From assembly GCA_030529095.1 (NCBI GenBank), contig JAUMXN010000001.1, positions 5,603 to 69,602 on the forward strand: 64,000 nucleotides of DNA. The letters are read 5' to 3'. Origin of the DNA: Candidatus Saccharimonadota bacterium. Its GTDB lineage: Bacteria; Patescibacteriota; Saccharimonadia; Saccharimonadales; Saccharimonadaceae. The notes beneath the pieces were generated by a model. That model had not been told where the DNA came from, ran no database searches, and saw only the letters and a list, made by a program, of their open reading frames with translations. Made by a program: the position numbers and the translations under genes. This document shows positions 39,935 through 49,734 of this stretch, piece by piece (position 1 is the stretch's first letter; every line of letters begins with the position of its first letter).

Positions 39935-41276
39935 CCCTGGTCGCATTCCACCGCAGGATATCGCAGCCGAGAAATCATTACTCGGTGCCATTTTGATTTC
40001 CGACAACGACGAAGTTTTTTCAGATATTATTACTATTATTCAGCCTCATGATTTTTACGACAAAAATCACCAAACTATTTTTGAGGCCATGCTCAACCTC
40101 TACAACCGTCATCAGCCAATCGATACCTTAACGATGAATGATGAGCTTAAATCGCTCAAAAAGCTCAAAGAAATTGGCGGCGCCGCTTATCTTGCCGAGC
40201 TTTCCAACTTCGTCCCAACCGCCTCACACGCCAAAGCTTATGCCAACATCATCGAAAAAGCCTCCGTACGCCGCAAACTCATCAGTGCCGGCGAAGTCAT
40301 TTCCGACCGCGCCTACGAAGACGATTCCAATATCCAAGAACTCATCGGCAACGCTGAGCAGGAGTTGTTCAAAGTTTCCAACAAGCTCATCAAAAACGAT
40401 TACGTGCCAATCGAAGAGTTATTGGCCGACGCTTATGAACGTATCGAAGAGCTACACAAGAACAAAGGCGCCCTTCGTGGCCTCAAATCTGGCTTCCGTG
40501 ATCTCGATAACAAAACCGCCGGTTTCCAAAAAGGCGATCTTGTCATCATCGGCGCTCGCCCGGCCATGGGTAAAACGACTTTCGCACAAAACATTGCTTA
40601 TAATATCGCTAAATACAATAACAAAGGCGTCTTATTCTTCTCGATGGAGATGGCCTCAAACGAAATTATCGACCGTATCATTTCTGACGTTTCCGGCGTC
40701 GACAACTGGCGTATCCGTACCGGTAATATTACCGAAGAAGAATTCTCTCGCATCGGCGATGCGCTAGGCGAACTCGACAACCTGCCGCTCTACATCGACG
40801 ATAACAGCTCGATGAATATTCTCGAAATTCGCAACAAAGCCCGCCGCGCCATGCACGACCATGATATTGGCATTGTTATCATTGATTACTTACAGCTCAT
40901 CCAGGGTTCCGAACGCTACGCTGGCAACCGCGTCCAGGAAGTTTCCGAAGTTTCCCGTGGCCTCAAGATTTTAGCTCGTGAGCTCAAGGTCCCAGTTGTC
41001 GCCTTGGCTCAGCTTTCTCGTAGCGTCACCGGTCGTGACGACCCACGCCCAGTTCTATCTGACCTTCGCGAATCCGGTTCCATCGAGCAGGACGCCGACC
41101 TCGTAATGTTCTTGCACCGCCCAGATTACTACAAACAGAACGACGACAATTACGAGCCAACCCATATCACCGAGCTTCTTATTGCTAAGCACCGCCATGG
41201 CGCCGTGGGCAAGATCGAACTCTACTTCCATCCAGAACTTCTCCGTTTCATGTCGCTAGACAAAACCAGAGAATAA
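39912..41276 (+). CDS. dnaB: Replicative DNA helicase
   Basis: ARPAMGKT, IDYLQL, QLSR, DLRESGSIEQDAD. SD GAGGAGG before 39912. Confidence 0.98.
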   Translation: MAEKSHSNPGRIPPQDIAAEKSLLGAILISDNDEVFSDIITIIQPHDFYDKNHQTIFEAMLNLYNRHQPIDTLTMNDELKSLKKLKEIGGAAYLAELSNFVPTASHAKAYANIIEKASVRRKLISAGEVISDRAYEDDSNIQELIGNAEQELFKVSNKLIKNDYVPIEELLADAYERIEELHKNKGALRGLKSGFRDLDNKTAGFQKGDLVIIGARPAMGKTTFAQNIAYNIAKYNNKGVLFFSMEMASNEIIDRIISDVSGVDNWRIRTGNITEEEFSRIGDALGELDNLPLYIDDNSSMNILEIRNKARRAMHDHDIGIVIIDYLQLIQGSERYAGNRVQEVSEVSRGLKILARELKVPVVALAQLSRSVTGRDDPRPVLSDLRESGSIEQDADLVMFLHRPDYYKQNDDNYEPTHITELLIAKHRHGAVGKIELYFHPELLRFMSLDKTRE

Positions 41277-41291
41277 CGCTATACTGGTTAT

Positions 41292-42734
41292 GTGAAGAAA
41301 ATTATTATTTCTAAACTTTTTTTATATAAGCATCGTTTTACTATCGGCTATGTTCTACTTGGGCTAGCTTTTATCGGTCTCCTCTTCTTGGTACCGCTCA
41401 TCGCCCAGAAAAATCTCTCCGAAGCCGAAATGCAATCCGCAGTTAGCTCATACGAACTTGAGCCAGAAACCGTTTTTAACGGCGATCTTGTTAATTTACC
41501 GTACCGTCTGCTCCAAAAAGTTTCAATCCTGGCCTTCGGCCTCACGCCGTTTGCAATTAAATTACCAAACATTATCGTTGGGATATTGCTTGGCTTCCTC
41601 CTTATCTTGATCTTGAACCGCTGGTTCAAAAACAACGTATCTCTGCTAGCTTCGATACTGATGACTCTATCGACATTATTCTTGTCGCTTATCGGCACCG
41701 GCACACCACTAATCATGCTGGTGTTCTGGCCAATATTATTGCTCTGGCTCGGTTCCAAAATCCAAGGCGAAAAACGCCCGGAGCCAATCTTCTGTTTTGC
41801 TTTTGCATTATCGCTACTACTTTCAATTTTCACCCCATACATGATTTACTTTGCTATCTTCTGTATGATTTTTGTTTTGTCGCAGCCACACCTACGTTTT
41901 GTAATCAAGCGCTTACCAAAAATTCCGTTCATCATCACTGGACTGATTGTGGTTGCCGGCATCGCGCTTCTCGTTATGAGTATTGTTAAAGTTCCAAGCG
42001 TCATGCTTGAACTCTTCTTCGCTAAAAACTTCGACACCGGTCTATTTTTCCATAATATCGCTACGGGCGTTGCGCCAATCTTCTCGTGGAGCAGCAGTCC
42101 GGATGGTCCAATTTTGTCACCACTCGTAAGCTTGCCGGTCTTTGCCTTGGCACTCATTGGCCTTTTCTCCACTACCAAAGGCTTCTTTGCCTCACGCAAC
42201 TCAATCGCTACACTTCTTCTAGTTTTCACTATCGTAATCACCGGCTTCGACCCGAACTCTATCGTCTTTATTATTATTCCTTTGTCGATTCTGGTTGCTC
42301 ACGGCCTCAAATACGTTCTCGAAAAATGGTATGGCCTTTTCCCAGAAAACCCATACGCTCGCATCTCAGCACTTATCCCGCTCTCAATTTTGTTTGCCAT
42401 CATTATTTTGCCAAATATTTTACATAATATGTATAGCTACCGCTTCAATCCTAATATCGCACCATATTACACTAATAATCTTTCTATCATCCGCGGCAAA
42501 CTCACCAATGAAACTATCGTGGCTGAGCCAGACTCTATCGAATATGATTTTTATAAGATTCTTGAGGGCTCAACTGACCTTAAAGTTACCGACCAACCGA
42601 CCGGCGATCGTGCGCTCGCATTTCTTAAAAAGCCGGCCAAAACCCCAGAAGGATACCAACTCTCCCGCATAATTACATCGGAAAAATCAGATAACTCTGA
42701 TATAATATACCTATATACAGTAGAAGGAGAATAA
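41292..42734 (+). CDS. Polytopic membrane protein, GT-C/PMT (family 39)-like
   Basis: About 11 TM segments and a FGLTPFAIKLP motif like ArnT/PMT N-termini. Confidence 0.55.
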   Translation: MKKIIISKLFLYKHRFTIGYVLLGLAFIGLLFLVPLIAQKNLSEAEMQSAVSSYELEPETVFNGDLVNLPYRLLQKVSILAFGLTPFAIKLPNIIVGILLGFLLILILNRWFKNNVSLLASILMTLSTLFLSLIGTGTPLIMLVFWPILLLWLGSKIQGEKRPEPIFCFAFALSLLLSIFTPYMIYFAIFCMIFVLSQPHLRFVIKRLPKIPFIITGLIVVAGIALLVMSIVKVPSVMLELFFAKNFDTGLFFHNIATGVAPIFSWSSSPDGPILSPLVSLPVFALALIGLFSTTKGFFASRNSIATLLLVFTIVITGFDPNSIVFIIIPLSILVAHGLKYVLEKWYGLFPENPYARISALIPLSILFAIIILPNILHNMYSYRFNPNIAPYYTNNLSIIRGKLTNETIVAEPDSIEYDFYKILEGSTDLKVTDQPTGDRALAFLKKPAKTPEGYQLSRIITSEKSDNSDIIYLYTVEGE

Positions 42735-42737
42735 ACC

Positions 42738-43034
42738 ATGGGTCAGACAATGGACCAAATGAAAATGTTGAACCAACTCAGAAAGGCTCAAAAAGAATTA
42801 AAAAACGAAATCGTTGAAGTTGAAGCTGGTGACGGCGCTGTCGTCGTTCAGATCACCGGTGAACTCAAAGTTCGCAAAGTTACTATCGATCCAGAAAAAG
42901 TTGATCTTGATGATATCCACGAACTCGAACGCTGGATTGAAAACTGTATGCGTGATGGCTTTGCCAAAGCTCAAGAAATTGCTACCGACAAAATGAAACC
43001 ACTCATGGGTGGTCTTGGTAATCTAGGATTCTAA
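42738..43034 (+). CDS. ybaB: YbaB/EbfC nucleoid-associated protein
   Basis: EAGDGAVVVQITG...IDP, directly upstream of recR. Confidence 0.92.
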   Translation: MGQTMDQMKMLNQLRKAQKELKNEIVEVEAGDGAVVVQITGELKVRKVTIDPEKVDLDDIHELERWIENCMRDGFAKAQEIATDKMKPLMGGLGNLGF

Positions 43035-43640
43035 ATGTTACCACAGGCGCTCTCAGACGCCGTTGAAGCGTTAAGTCGTTTGCCGGGCGTTGGCCCACGT
43101 ACCGCCGAGCGTTATGCTTATTATCTTTTTCGCTCCAGCAAAAACGTCGCCAAAGATTTAGCCGAAGCAATCGGGGAATTGCACGATAAAGTTAAATCTT
43201 GCCCGGTGACTTTTGCCTTGATTGATGCAAACGAAGAAATTTCGCCACTCTACAGCGATCCAGAGCGCGATAAAACCACTGTGCTTGTCGTCGAGGAACC
43301 GCTCGATATTTATGCTATCGAGCAAACACACGGCTACAAAGGTACCTACCACGTACTCGGCGGTGCTTTTTCGCCAATTGATGGCATCACGCCAGACGAA
43401 CTCCATATTAAAGAACTCACTGAACGTGTTGAAAAAGATAAAGTCAAAGAAGTAATTATTGCCACTAACCCATCTATCGAAGGTGAGGGAACCGCACTTT
43501 TGATCGAAAAAATCCTGCACGAAAAAAATCCTGATCTTAAAATCACTCGCCTAGCCCGCGGTCTACCACTCGGTGTTGACTTGTCTTACGCCGATCAAAT
43601 TACTCTTTCCGCCGCACTCGAAAACCGCACAAATCTCTAG
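43035..43640 (+). CDS. recR: Recombination mediator RecR
   Basis: LPGVGPRTAER, YHVLGG.FSPIDG, EVIIATN..IEGE, RLARGLP. Confidence 0.96.
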   Translation: MLPQALSDAVEALSRLPGVGPRTAERYAYYLFRSSKNVAKDLAEAIGELHDKVKSCPVTFALIDANEEISPLYSDPERDKTTVLVVEEPLDIYAIEQTHGYKGTYHVLGGAFSPIDGITPDELHIKELTERVEKDKVKEVIIATNPSIEGEGTALLIEKILHEKNPDLKITRLARGLPLGVDLSYADQITLSAALENRTNL

Positions 43641-43680
43641 TATTTGTTTTTATATAAAATGCTATAATTAAACCAGAAGT

Positions 43681-44352
43681 ATGACTAAAGGGTTTAAAAC
43701 ACGTCTATTTGCTTCACTAGCTTTGCTAGCTATTGCCAGTGTCTTCATTTTTACACTCGATAGCATACCGTTCAAAATCTTCTACGGCACTTTTGCCGTC
43801 ATCGCCGGAATCGAATTGCTTAGTTTTTTAACTCAACGCGCCAAAATTTGGTGGCTAAGTCTAATCCTAATCGAAATTGCCCTACTTGTTTTTAGTTCAA
43901 TTTTCGTAGCCAAAATCAATGCCCTACAAATTGTTTTATTGATCTTCGGCGTTTGTGGCTACGATGTGTTCGCCTATATTTTTGGCGGCTTGCTCGGCGG
44001 CGCCATTTTCAAAAAATCCCGCCCATTCCGCTTTGTCTCCAAAAACAAAACTTGGGAAGGTACTTTTATGGGGCTAGTCTGCTCGTTCCTACTCGTTGGC
44101 ATTACGCTGCTTGCTACTGGCGCAACAGAATACATTTTCCTTATCGCCGGGCCACTCGCCGTGGTGGGGGATCTATTTGAAAGTTTCTTAAAACGTCGCT
44201 ACAAAGTCAAAGACTCCAGCGAAATCGTCGTCAAAAACAAAATCTTTGACAAATTTGAAATTCTAGTTGGTGGTCGCGGCGGACATGGTGGCTATCTCGA
44301 CCGCATCGATTCAATTGCTTTTACGGCAACTATTTTGCTGCTTTTAATCTAG
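43681..44352 (+). CDS. cdsA: Phosphatidate cytidylyltransferase
   Basis: DVFAY..G, SKNKTWEG, GDLFESFLKR..VKDS, GHGGYLDRIDS. Confidence 0.9.
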   Translation: MTKGFKTRLFASLALLAIASVFIFTLDSIPFKIFYGTFAVIAGIELLSFLTQRAKIWWLSLILIEIALLVFSSIFVAKINALQIVLLIFGVCGYDVFAYIFGGLLGGAIFKKSRPFRFVSKNKTWEGTFMGLVCSFLLVGITLLATGATEYIFLIAGPLAVVGDLFESFLKRRYKVKDSSEIVVKNKIFDKFEILVGGRGGHGGYLDRIDSIAFTATILLLLI

Positions 44353-44796
44353 TTTTTCCTGATCTTTCATGTAGCTTTTGCGGTGCTCAACCTTCCAGGC
44401 TCGGATACCCGCAAATTTGGCTGCCAAAACATCGGTAGACCATTTATCGCCCAACATGGCGGTATTTTTCTTTGGCACACCGGCTTCTTCACGCGCTTTC
44501 GTAAGGTGAGTGCTCATTGGCTTCTTAGCCCACCATACACAACGAATACCGTATGGTTCACTAAAACTCTGAACGCGCTTCTTGAAAATATTGTTCGAAA
44601 TAATTACTAAATCCACCCCGGCTTTTTTGATGTCTTTAATCCAAGCATCGAGCCCTTCAACCGGATCACTTGAAAGACGAGCCGTTAAAGTATTATCAAG
44701 ATCACAAAGCAACAGCTTAACGTCTTCTGCCTTCAAAATCTCTGGCGTTACATCTTCGAAACGGTCGAATTTTCTGTCTGCATGCAAAATACTCAT
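44344..44796 (-). CDS. YqeG-family HAD IIIA phosphatase
   Basis: DLDNTL, ISNN, AKKP, GDKWSTDVLAA. Confidence 0.88.
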   Translation of the reverse strand: MSILHADRKFDRFEDVTPEILKAEDVKLLLCDLDNTLTARLSSDPVEGLDAWIKDIKKAGVDLVIISNNIFKKRVQSFSEPYGIRCVWWAKKPMSTHLTKAREEAGVPKKNTAMLGDKWSTDVLAAKFAGIRAWKVEHRKSYMKDQEKLD

Positions 44797-44835
44797 GGAA
44801 TGATTATAGCACAGATATATGTTATAATATTAGAT

Positions 44836-45819
44836 ATGTATAGCGTTTTCTCAGATTTTATTAAAGACAAAAATTCGCTCTGTATCATCCAAGCCGAGAA
44901 CCCAGACGGCGATTCGCTCGGTTCGGCTATTGCGCTTGATTATTTATTAAAAGATAAAGAAATTAGCCTTTATTGCCCGGTTGATATCCCTAAATATCTG
45001 CATTATTTCGCCGATTGGTCACGCGTTACGAACGAGTTTAATTTTAAGGCCGACGGCTACATCATTGTCGATACGGCCGCCGAAATTCTGCTCAGTAAAT
45101 TAATGGATGACGCAGCAATTAAAAATCGTCTCTTTTCTGCGCCGGTCCTCGTACTTGATCACCACGAAACCGCCGATGATCTTAGTTTTCCGCACGAATC
45201 AATCGTCGAGATTTTGCCAGCTTGCTGCAGCTTAATTTACCGCATTGCCAAATCCGAGAATATTGCCATCGATCAACCGGCCGCCGAATCTATCTTTCAA
45301 GGGCTTTTGTCCGACACGCTCGGCCTCACTAGCGCTTCCGTGTCTGCCGACACCTTCCGTGTTTCAGCCGAACTCACCGAACTTGGCGCCAACATCTCCG
45401 AACTCGAAGAACGCCGCCGCGAATTTATGAAGAAATCTCCGCGCATTCTCGATTACAAAGCTGATTTAATCAAACGTATCGAGTACTCACTGGATGGCGA
45501 GCTCGCCACCGTCCATATTCCATGGGACGATATCCGCGAATATTCCGACGAATACAATCCAAACGTTCTAATTCTTGAAGAAATGCGCTTAGTTGAAGGC
45601 GTTAAGGTTGCTGTTGCCATCAAAACCTATCCAGATGGCAAAGTCACCGGCAAAATCCGCACCAGTTCCGACGCGCCAATTGCCGAAAAAATCGCTGGCT
45701 ATTTTGGTGGTGGCGGACATCCTTTTGCGGCCGGCTTCCGCACCTACGACACTACCTATGAAGAAGTCGTACGCGATCTCGTAAAATTAGTACCAGAGCT
45801 GGAGAATGAAAATGTTTAA
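44836..45819 (+). CDS. DHH/DHHA1 phosphoesterase (NrnA-like)
   Basis: NPDGDSLGS, VDT, LDHH, SDT, GGGGHPFAAG. Start placed after TGTTATAAT. Confidence 0.88.
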   Translation: MYSVFSDFIKDKNSLCIIQAENPDGDSLGSAIALDYLLKDKEISLYCPVDIPKYLHYFADWSRVTNEFNFKADGYIIVDTAAEILLSKLMDDAAIKNRLFSAPVLVLDHHETADDLSFPHESIVEILPACCSLIYRIAKSENIAIDQPAAESIFQGLLSDTLGLTSASVSADTFRVSAELTELGANISELEERRREFMKKSPRILDYKADLIKRIEYSLDGELATVHIPWDDIREYSDEYNPNVLILEEMRLVEGVKVAVAIKTYPDGKVTGKIRTSSDAPIAEKIAGYFGGGGHPFAAGFRTYDTTYEEVVRDLVKLVPELENENV

Positions 45820-46534
45820 ATCGAAAACCAAACTCAAAAAGACTCACGACAAAAAACCAAAAAATCCGGTTCTTACCGTAGTTTTGATGCATGGTATCGG
45901 TACCGACTCACGCAGCTGGCATAAGGCCCTCAAATATCTCGAGGGAACGTCCAGCATGAAAAACGTGCGTTTTATTACTTACGACTGGCTCGGTTTTGGC
46001 AAGTCGTCCCATAGTCGCTCACTCGAATGCACCTACGAAGAGCAGCTCCTCGCGCTCGAAAATGCGCTCAAGGGCATCCAGACTCCAATCGTTTTGATGG
46101 GCCATTCACTCGGCACGTTACTAGTTGCTCGCTATGCCTTTGAACACAAAAAAGCCATCAAGCATTTGATTCTGCTTTCGCCACCAGTATTTAGTCGCGA
46201 CGAAATTAAATTTATTACCGGCGATCCAAAAAACAATTTATTCTACCATAAATGCGACCCGAAACTACTCAAAAACCGCATTTTCCTAGCCACTATGGAT
46301 AATATTGTTTTTAATATCAAGAATCAAAAAACTTTCGAAACCCTTACTACGCCAACCGATTTAATTTATGGCGAAGAAGATCAGCTGATGTCTCCACAAA
46401 ATCTCAAATACTTAGCCAAAACCAACCCTAAGTATCTTAAATTAATCAAAACTGCCGGGCACCACTACATTTCGCGAGCCAAATATAGTAAGGCGCTCGA
46501 AATCTTGGAGGGAATCATTAATGAAACTCTATAA
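45806..46534 (+). CDS. Alpha/beta hydrolase
   Basis: MHGIG, DWLGFGKS, GHSLG, GEED, GH. Confidence 0.9.
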   Translation: MKMFKSKTKLKKTHDKKPKNPVLTVVLMHGIGTDSRSWHKALKYLEGTSSMKNVRFITYDWLGFGKSSHSRSLECTYEEQLLALENALKGIQTPIVLMGHSLGTLLVARYAFEHKKAIKHLILLSPPVFSRDEIKFITGDPKNNLFYHKCDPKLLKNRIFLATMDNIVFNIKNQKTFETLTTPTDLIYGEEDQLMSPQNLKYLAKTNPKYLKLIKTAGHHYISRAKYSKALEILEGIINETL

Positions 46535-47870
46535 TACCGCCACTAAAAAACTCGAAACCTTCAAGCCGATTTCTAATGAAGTCGTCAAGATTTACACTTG
46601 TGGTCCAACCGTCTATAGCTCGCCACACATTGGTAATTTCGCTTCCTATATTTATTGGGATCTACTTATCCGCACCCTAATTGCCAATGGTTATAAAGTT
46701 AATCGCGTCATGAATATGACAGATGTCGGACACCTTACCTCTGATGGCGACGACGGGGAAGATAAGCTCGAAAAAGGCGCCCGCAAGGAGAACAAAACCG
46801 TCTGGGAAGTCGCCGATTTTTACATCAACGAATTTATGGACAGCTTTCACGCACTGAATCTGCTCGAGCCAGAAAAAATCTGCCGCGCCACCGATTATGT
46901 TAAAGAGGATATGGCCGCAGTTGACGCGATGATAAAAAACGGCTTCACTTACGAAACCGCCGACGGAATTTATTTCGATACTGCTAAGTTCGCCGACTAC
47001 GCCAAATTTGCCAATCTCGACCTCGAGAATCTCAAAGCTGGCGCCCGCGTCGAATTCAGTAACGAAAAACGTAATCCTTCGGATTTTGCTGTTTGGAAAT
47101 TTATCCAACCAGGAGAAAAGCATGCTATGCGCTGGGATTATCTCGGCCGTCCAGGTTACCCGGGCTGGCATCTTGAATGCTCCACGATTATTAACGCCGA
47201 ACTCGGCGAGCCGATCGATATCCACACTGGCGGCATCGACCATATTCCCGTCCACCACACCAACGAAATTGCTCAAACCTATGCTATTTCTGGCAAAGCA
47301 CTTGCTAACTATTGGCTGCATTGTAATTTTATTAATATCGACGGCCAGCGCATCGCTAAATCTACCGGCAATATCTATACTTTGGCCGACCTCGCCGAAA
47401 GGGGTTTCTCACCGCTCGACTACAAACTCTGGGTCCTCCAGGGCCACTTCCAAGGCGATCGCAACTTCACCTTTGAAGGTCTCGACGCCGCCAAAAACCG
47501 CCGTCTCAACTGGAAAAATCGCATCGCGATGGAACTCCAACACCCACAAAAAACCGACGGCAAAATCTCCGAAAAACTACTCGAGGCTTTGAATAATAAT
47601 CTAAATTCGGCTGAAGCTTTTGCTATTATCGACAATACCACCGAAATTTCGCTTGACGACTGGCGCAATATCGACAGTTTGTTTGGTCTTAAGTTGATTG
47701 AGGAAACTCCAGATATTTCCGATGAATACAAAGCTTTAATCAAAGACCGCGAAGCTGCCCGCGCTGCCAAAGACTGGCAAAAATCCGATGATATCCGCCA
47801 CGAGCTAGAACTTAAAGGAATCACTATCAAAGACACCCCGGACGGCTCAATCTGGCAATATTTGAAATAA
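46521..47870 (+). CDS. cysS: Cysteine--tRNA ligase
   Basis: CGPTVY..HIGN, PGWHLECS, DIHTGG.DH..HHTNE, IAKS (KMSKS variant). Confidence 0.97.
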   Translation: MKLYNTATKKLETFKPISNEVVKIYTCGPTVYSSPHIGNFASYIYWDLLIRTLIANGYKVNRVMNMTDVGHLTSDGDDGEDKLEKGARKENKTVWEVADFYINEFMDSFHALNLLEPEKICRATDYVKEDMAAVDAMIKNGFTYETADGIYFDTAKFADYAKFANLDLENLKAGARVEFSNEKRNPSDFAVWKFIQPGEKHAMRWDYLGRPGYPGWHLECSTIINAELGEPIDIHTGGIDHIPVHHTNEIAQTYAISGKALANYWLHCNFINIDGQRIAKSTGNIYTLADLAERGFSPLDYKLWVLQGHFQGDRNFTFEGLDAAKNRRLNWKNRIAMELQHPQKTDGKISEKLLEALNNNLNSAEAFAIIDNTTEISLDDWRNIDSLFGLKLIEETPDISDEYKALIKDREAARAAKDWQKSDDIRHELELKGITIKDTPDGSIWQYLK

Positions 47871-47910
47871 AAAAAGAAAGCTCCGCTAAAAGCGAAGCTC
47901 TCTAAATGTG

Positions 47911-48699
47911 CTAAGAAATTTCGGCGTATTCGGCCGATACCCAAATGATACCATCGGCATCATACCAGATATTGCCGAAACCAACGGTTTCGAGCGCCCA
48001 TTCAAGGTCGGCAGCTCGTACACCATAGAGGGTGTAGGTATTGTCATTGACGATGATTGGGGCTGATGCCTCAATTACGGTTCCTTCCGGTAAAATACCG
48101 TAGAAATTACTGTAATCTTTGGCGGTCGGAGTAGATCGAACCCTGGGTGAACCATTAATAATGGTCAACTTAGTATAGTTCGTTTTGATCCGATTACTCG
48201 GGTCATCCTCGTCCTTGGCAAGTTCAGGATAGTCATAAGCAGCTACTTTCAAGTAATATCTGCTCATCCAGACAATACCATCCTCGTCGATAACTTCCGG
48301 CATCTTACCATCCAGAGCCTCTACGGGAAAACCGTAGAACTCGTCCGAAACGTAGCAAGTTTTAGCAACAAATTCTTCTCCACTAGGAAGCTTTCCGATT
48401 TTTTCTTTATCAGACATATTCGGATTACTCCGAACATTAACGAATTCATCGCCGGTAGATGAACCATCTACCTTGAAGAATACGTTCTTTGCCTGATATT
48501 TAGGTTCATACTCCGGTTTCGAGATCGTGACCGTAGTCGTGACTTCGATCTGCTCGTTGCCCTCGGAAGCATCAACCTTCGGAGTAGCTTCTTTTATCAG
48601 CTTAATAAACGTATTTATTAAGCACAGAGAGATTACTATGCTACCTACTATCGAAAACCCCCTTATAAATTCCGAAACTTTCTTCTCAATTTTATCCAT
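47911..48699 (-). CDS. Membrane-anchored orphan protein with two SH3b-like repeats
   Basis: TM helix, then VNVRSNP...IG.LPSG...DGIVWMS..Y and PRVRSTP...G.LPEG...DGIIWVS..Y. Confidence 0.65.
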   Translation of the reverse strand: MDKIEKKVSEFIRGFSIVGSIVISLCLINTFIKLIKEATPKVDASEGNEQIEVTTTVTISKPEYEPKYQAKNVFFKVDGSSTGDEFVNVRSNPNMSDKEKIGKLPSGEEFVAKTCYVSDEFYGFPVEALDGKMPEVIDEDGIVWMSRYYLKVAAYDYPELAKDEDDPSNRIKTNYTKLTIINGSPRVRSTPTAKDYSNFYGILPEGTVIEASAPIIVNDNTYTLYGVRAADLEWALETVGFGNIWYDADGIIWVSAEYAEIS

Positions 48700-48860
48700 A
48701 CAATACCCCTCCTATTCTTCTGTTTGCATGAATCTATTAAAGTACTATACTTACTATTATAGCACAAAATTGCCAAAAAAGCAATAGCGCAATGGTCCGC
48801 TCCTCCCCTGTAAAATAGGGAATGAAAAAGCCCCACTACAGGGGTGGGGCTTTAAATTGG

Positions 48861-49472
48861 TTAGTTAACGTTTTTCTCTTCAATAAACTGTACTATGAGA
48901 TTCCTAAACTGCGGGGAATCCTTCTCTATACAAAGCTTCAAAAGTTCCATAGAGCTTGTAAGATTATAGATTATCCATCCGTCTCTGCCAGGGCGTTCAG
49001 GGCAAAGAGGGGCATACCGTCTAAGATGTATTTTAACCCTATAATATTGCCTAAATTGGGTCAACATCATCCCTGGCCCACCACTAGGGCCACCATTCAT
49101 TCTCTTTGACGTGTACTCAGCGATCGCTAAACGCTGCGGTTCATAACCCTCGTCTTCATAAGGATACGCCTTCTTTATCAGCTTCGCTATCGCCTCAGAA
49201 GAGCTATCTTCTTTGTGCGTTGCATAAATCAGCCGACAAATCTTTGATTCGTCAAAATCTTCGTATGCTTCTTTGGGATTTATTAAGCCGAAGCTGAAAT
49301 TGCAAGGCTCAATATCAACCCAAATAACCATCCTGTCTTCACGCCTGTGCTGATACACCATCCTGTTAGCCACAAGACCGAAAAAGTCGCTCAAGCGTCT
49401 CGATATTTTTCCTTCTTCTGTATGGTAGACTGCGAAATCTTTCTCCACATTTTTCACCCCCTTATTCGCCAT
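48861..49472 (-). CDS. Hypothetical (orphan) protein
   Basis: 203-aa ORF overlapping the upstream small gene, terminator 48825-48853. Confidence 0.65.
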   Translation of the reverse strand: MANKGVKNVEKDFAVYHTEEGKISRRLSDFFGLVANRMVYQHRREDRMVIWVDIEPCNFSFGLINPKEAYEDFDESKICRLIYATHKEDSSSEAIAKLIKKAYPYEDEGYEPQRLAIAEYTSKRMNGGPSGGPGMMLTQFRQYYRVKIHLRRYAPLCPERPGRDGWIIYNLTSSMELLKLCIEKDSPQFRNLIVQFIEEKNVN

Positions 49473-49701
49473 ACATAAGCTGTTGAAGTGCCAAATCCTG
49501 CACAGTCATACTTGTTGTTTCTGGGCTACCATCTCTTTTGTCGCCATTAATTTTTGGCACTATAAAGATAATAGTTAGAACAACCAGGATGACCACCACG
49601 GCAACAGCGAGTGTCATCATCAAAAGCATGCTTCTCGCCGCTTTTTCTGCCGCTTCTCTGGTCGCCCTTTCTTCTCTAGTTTCCACCTTGTTCTTATTCA
49701 T
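49462..49701 (-). CDS. Small single-TM hypothetical protein
   Basis: SD GGAGGTG and one hydrophobic helix. Begins 33 nt after the tgt stop. Confidence 0.7.
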   Translation of the reverse strand: MNKNKVETREERATREAAEKAARSMLLMMTLAVAVVVILVVLTIIFIVPKINGDKRDGSPETTSMTVQDLALQQLMYGE

Positions 49702-49734
49702 ACTGCACCTCCCTGCCTGATGGATTAACCCTAA

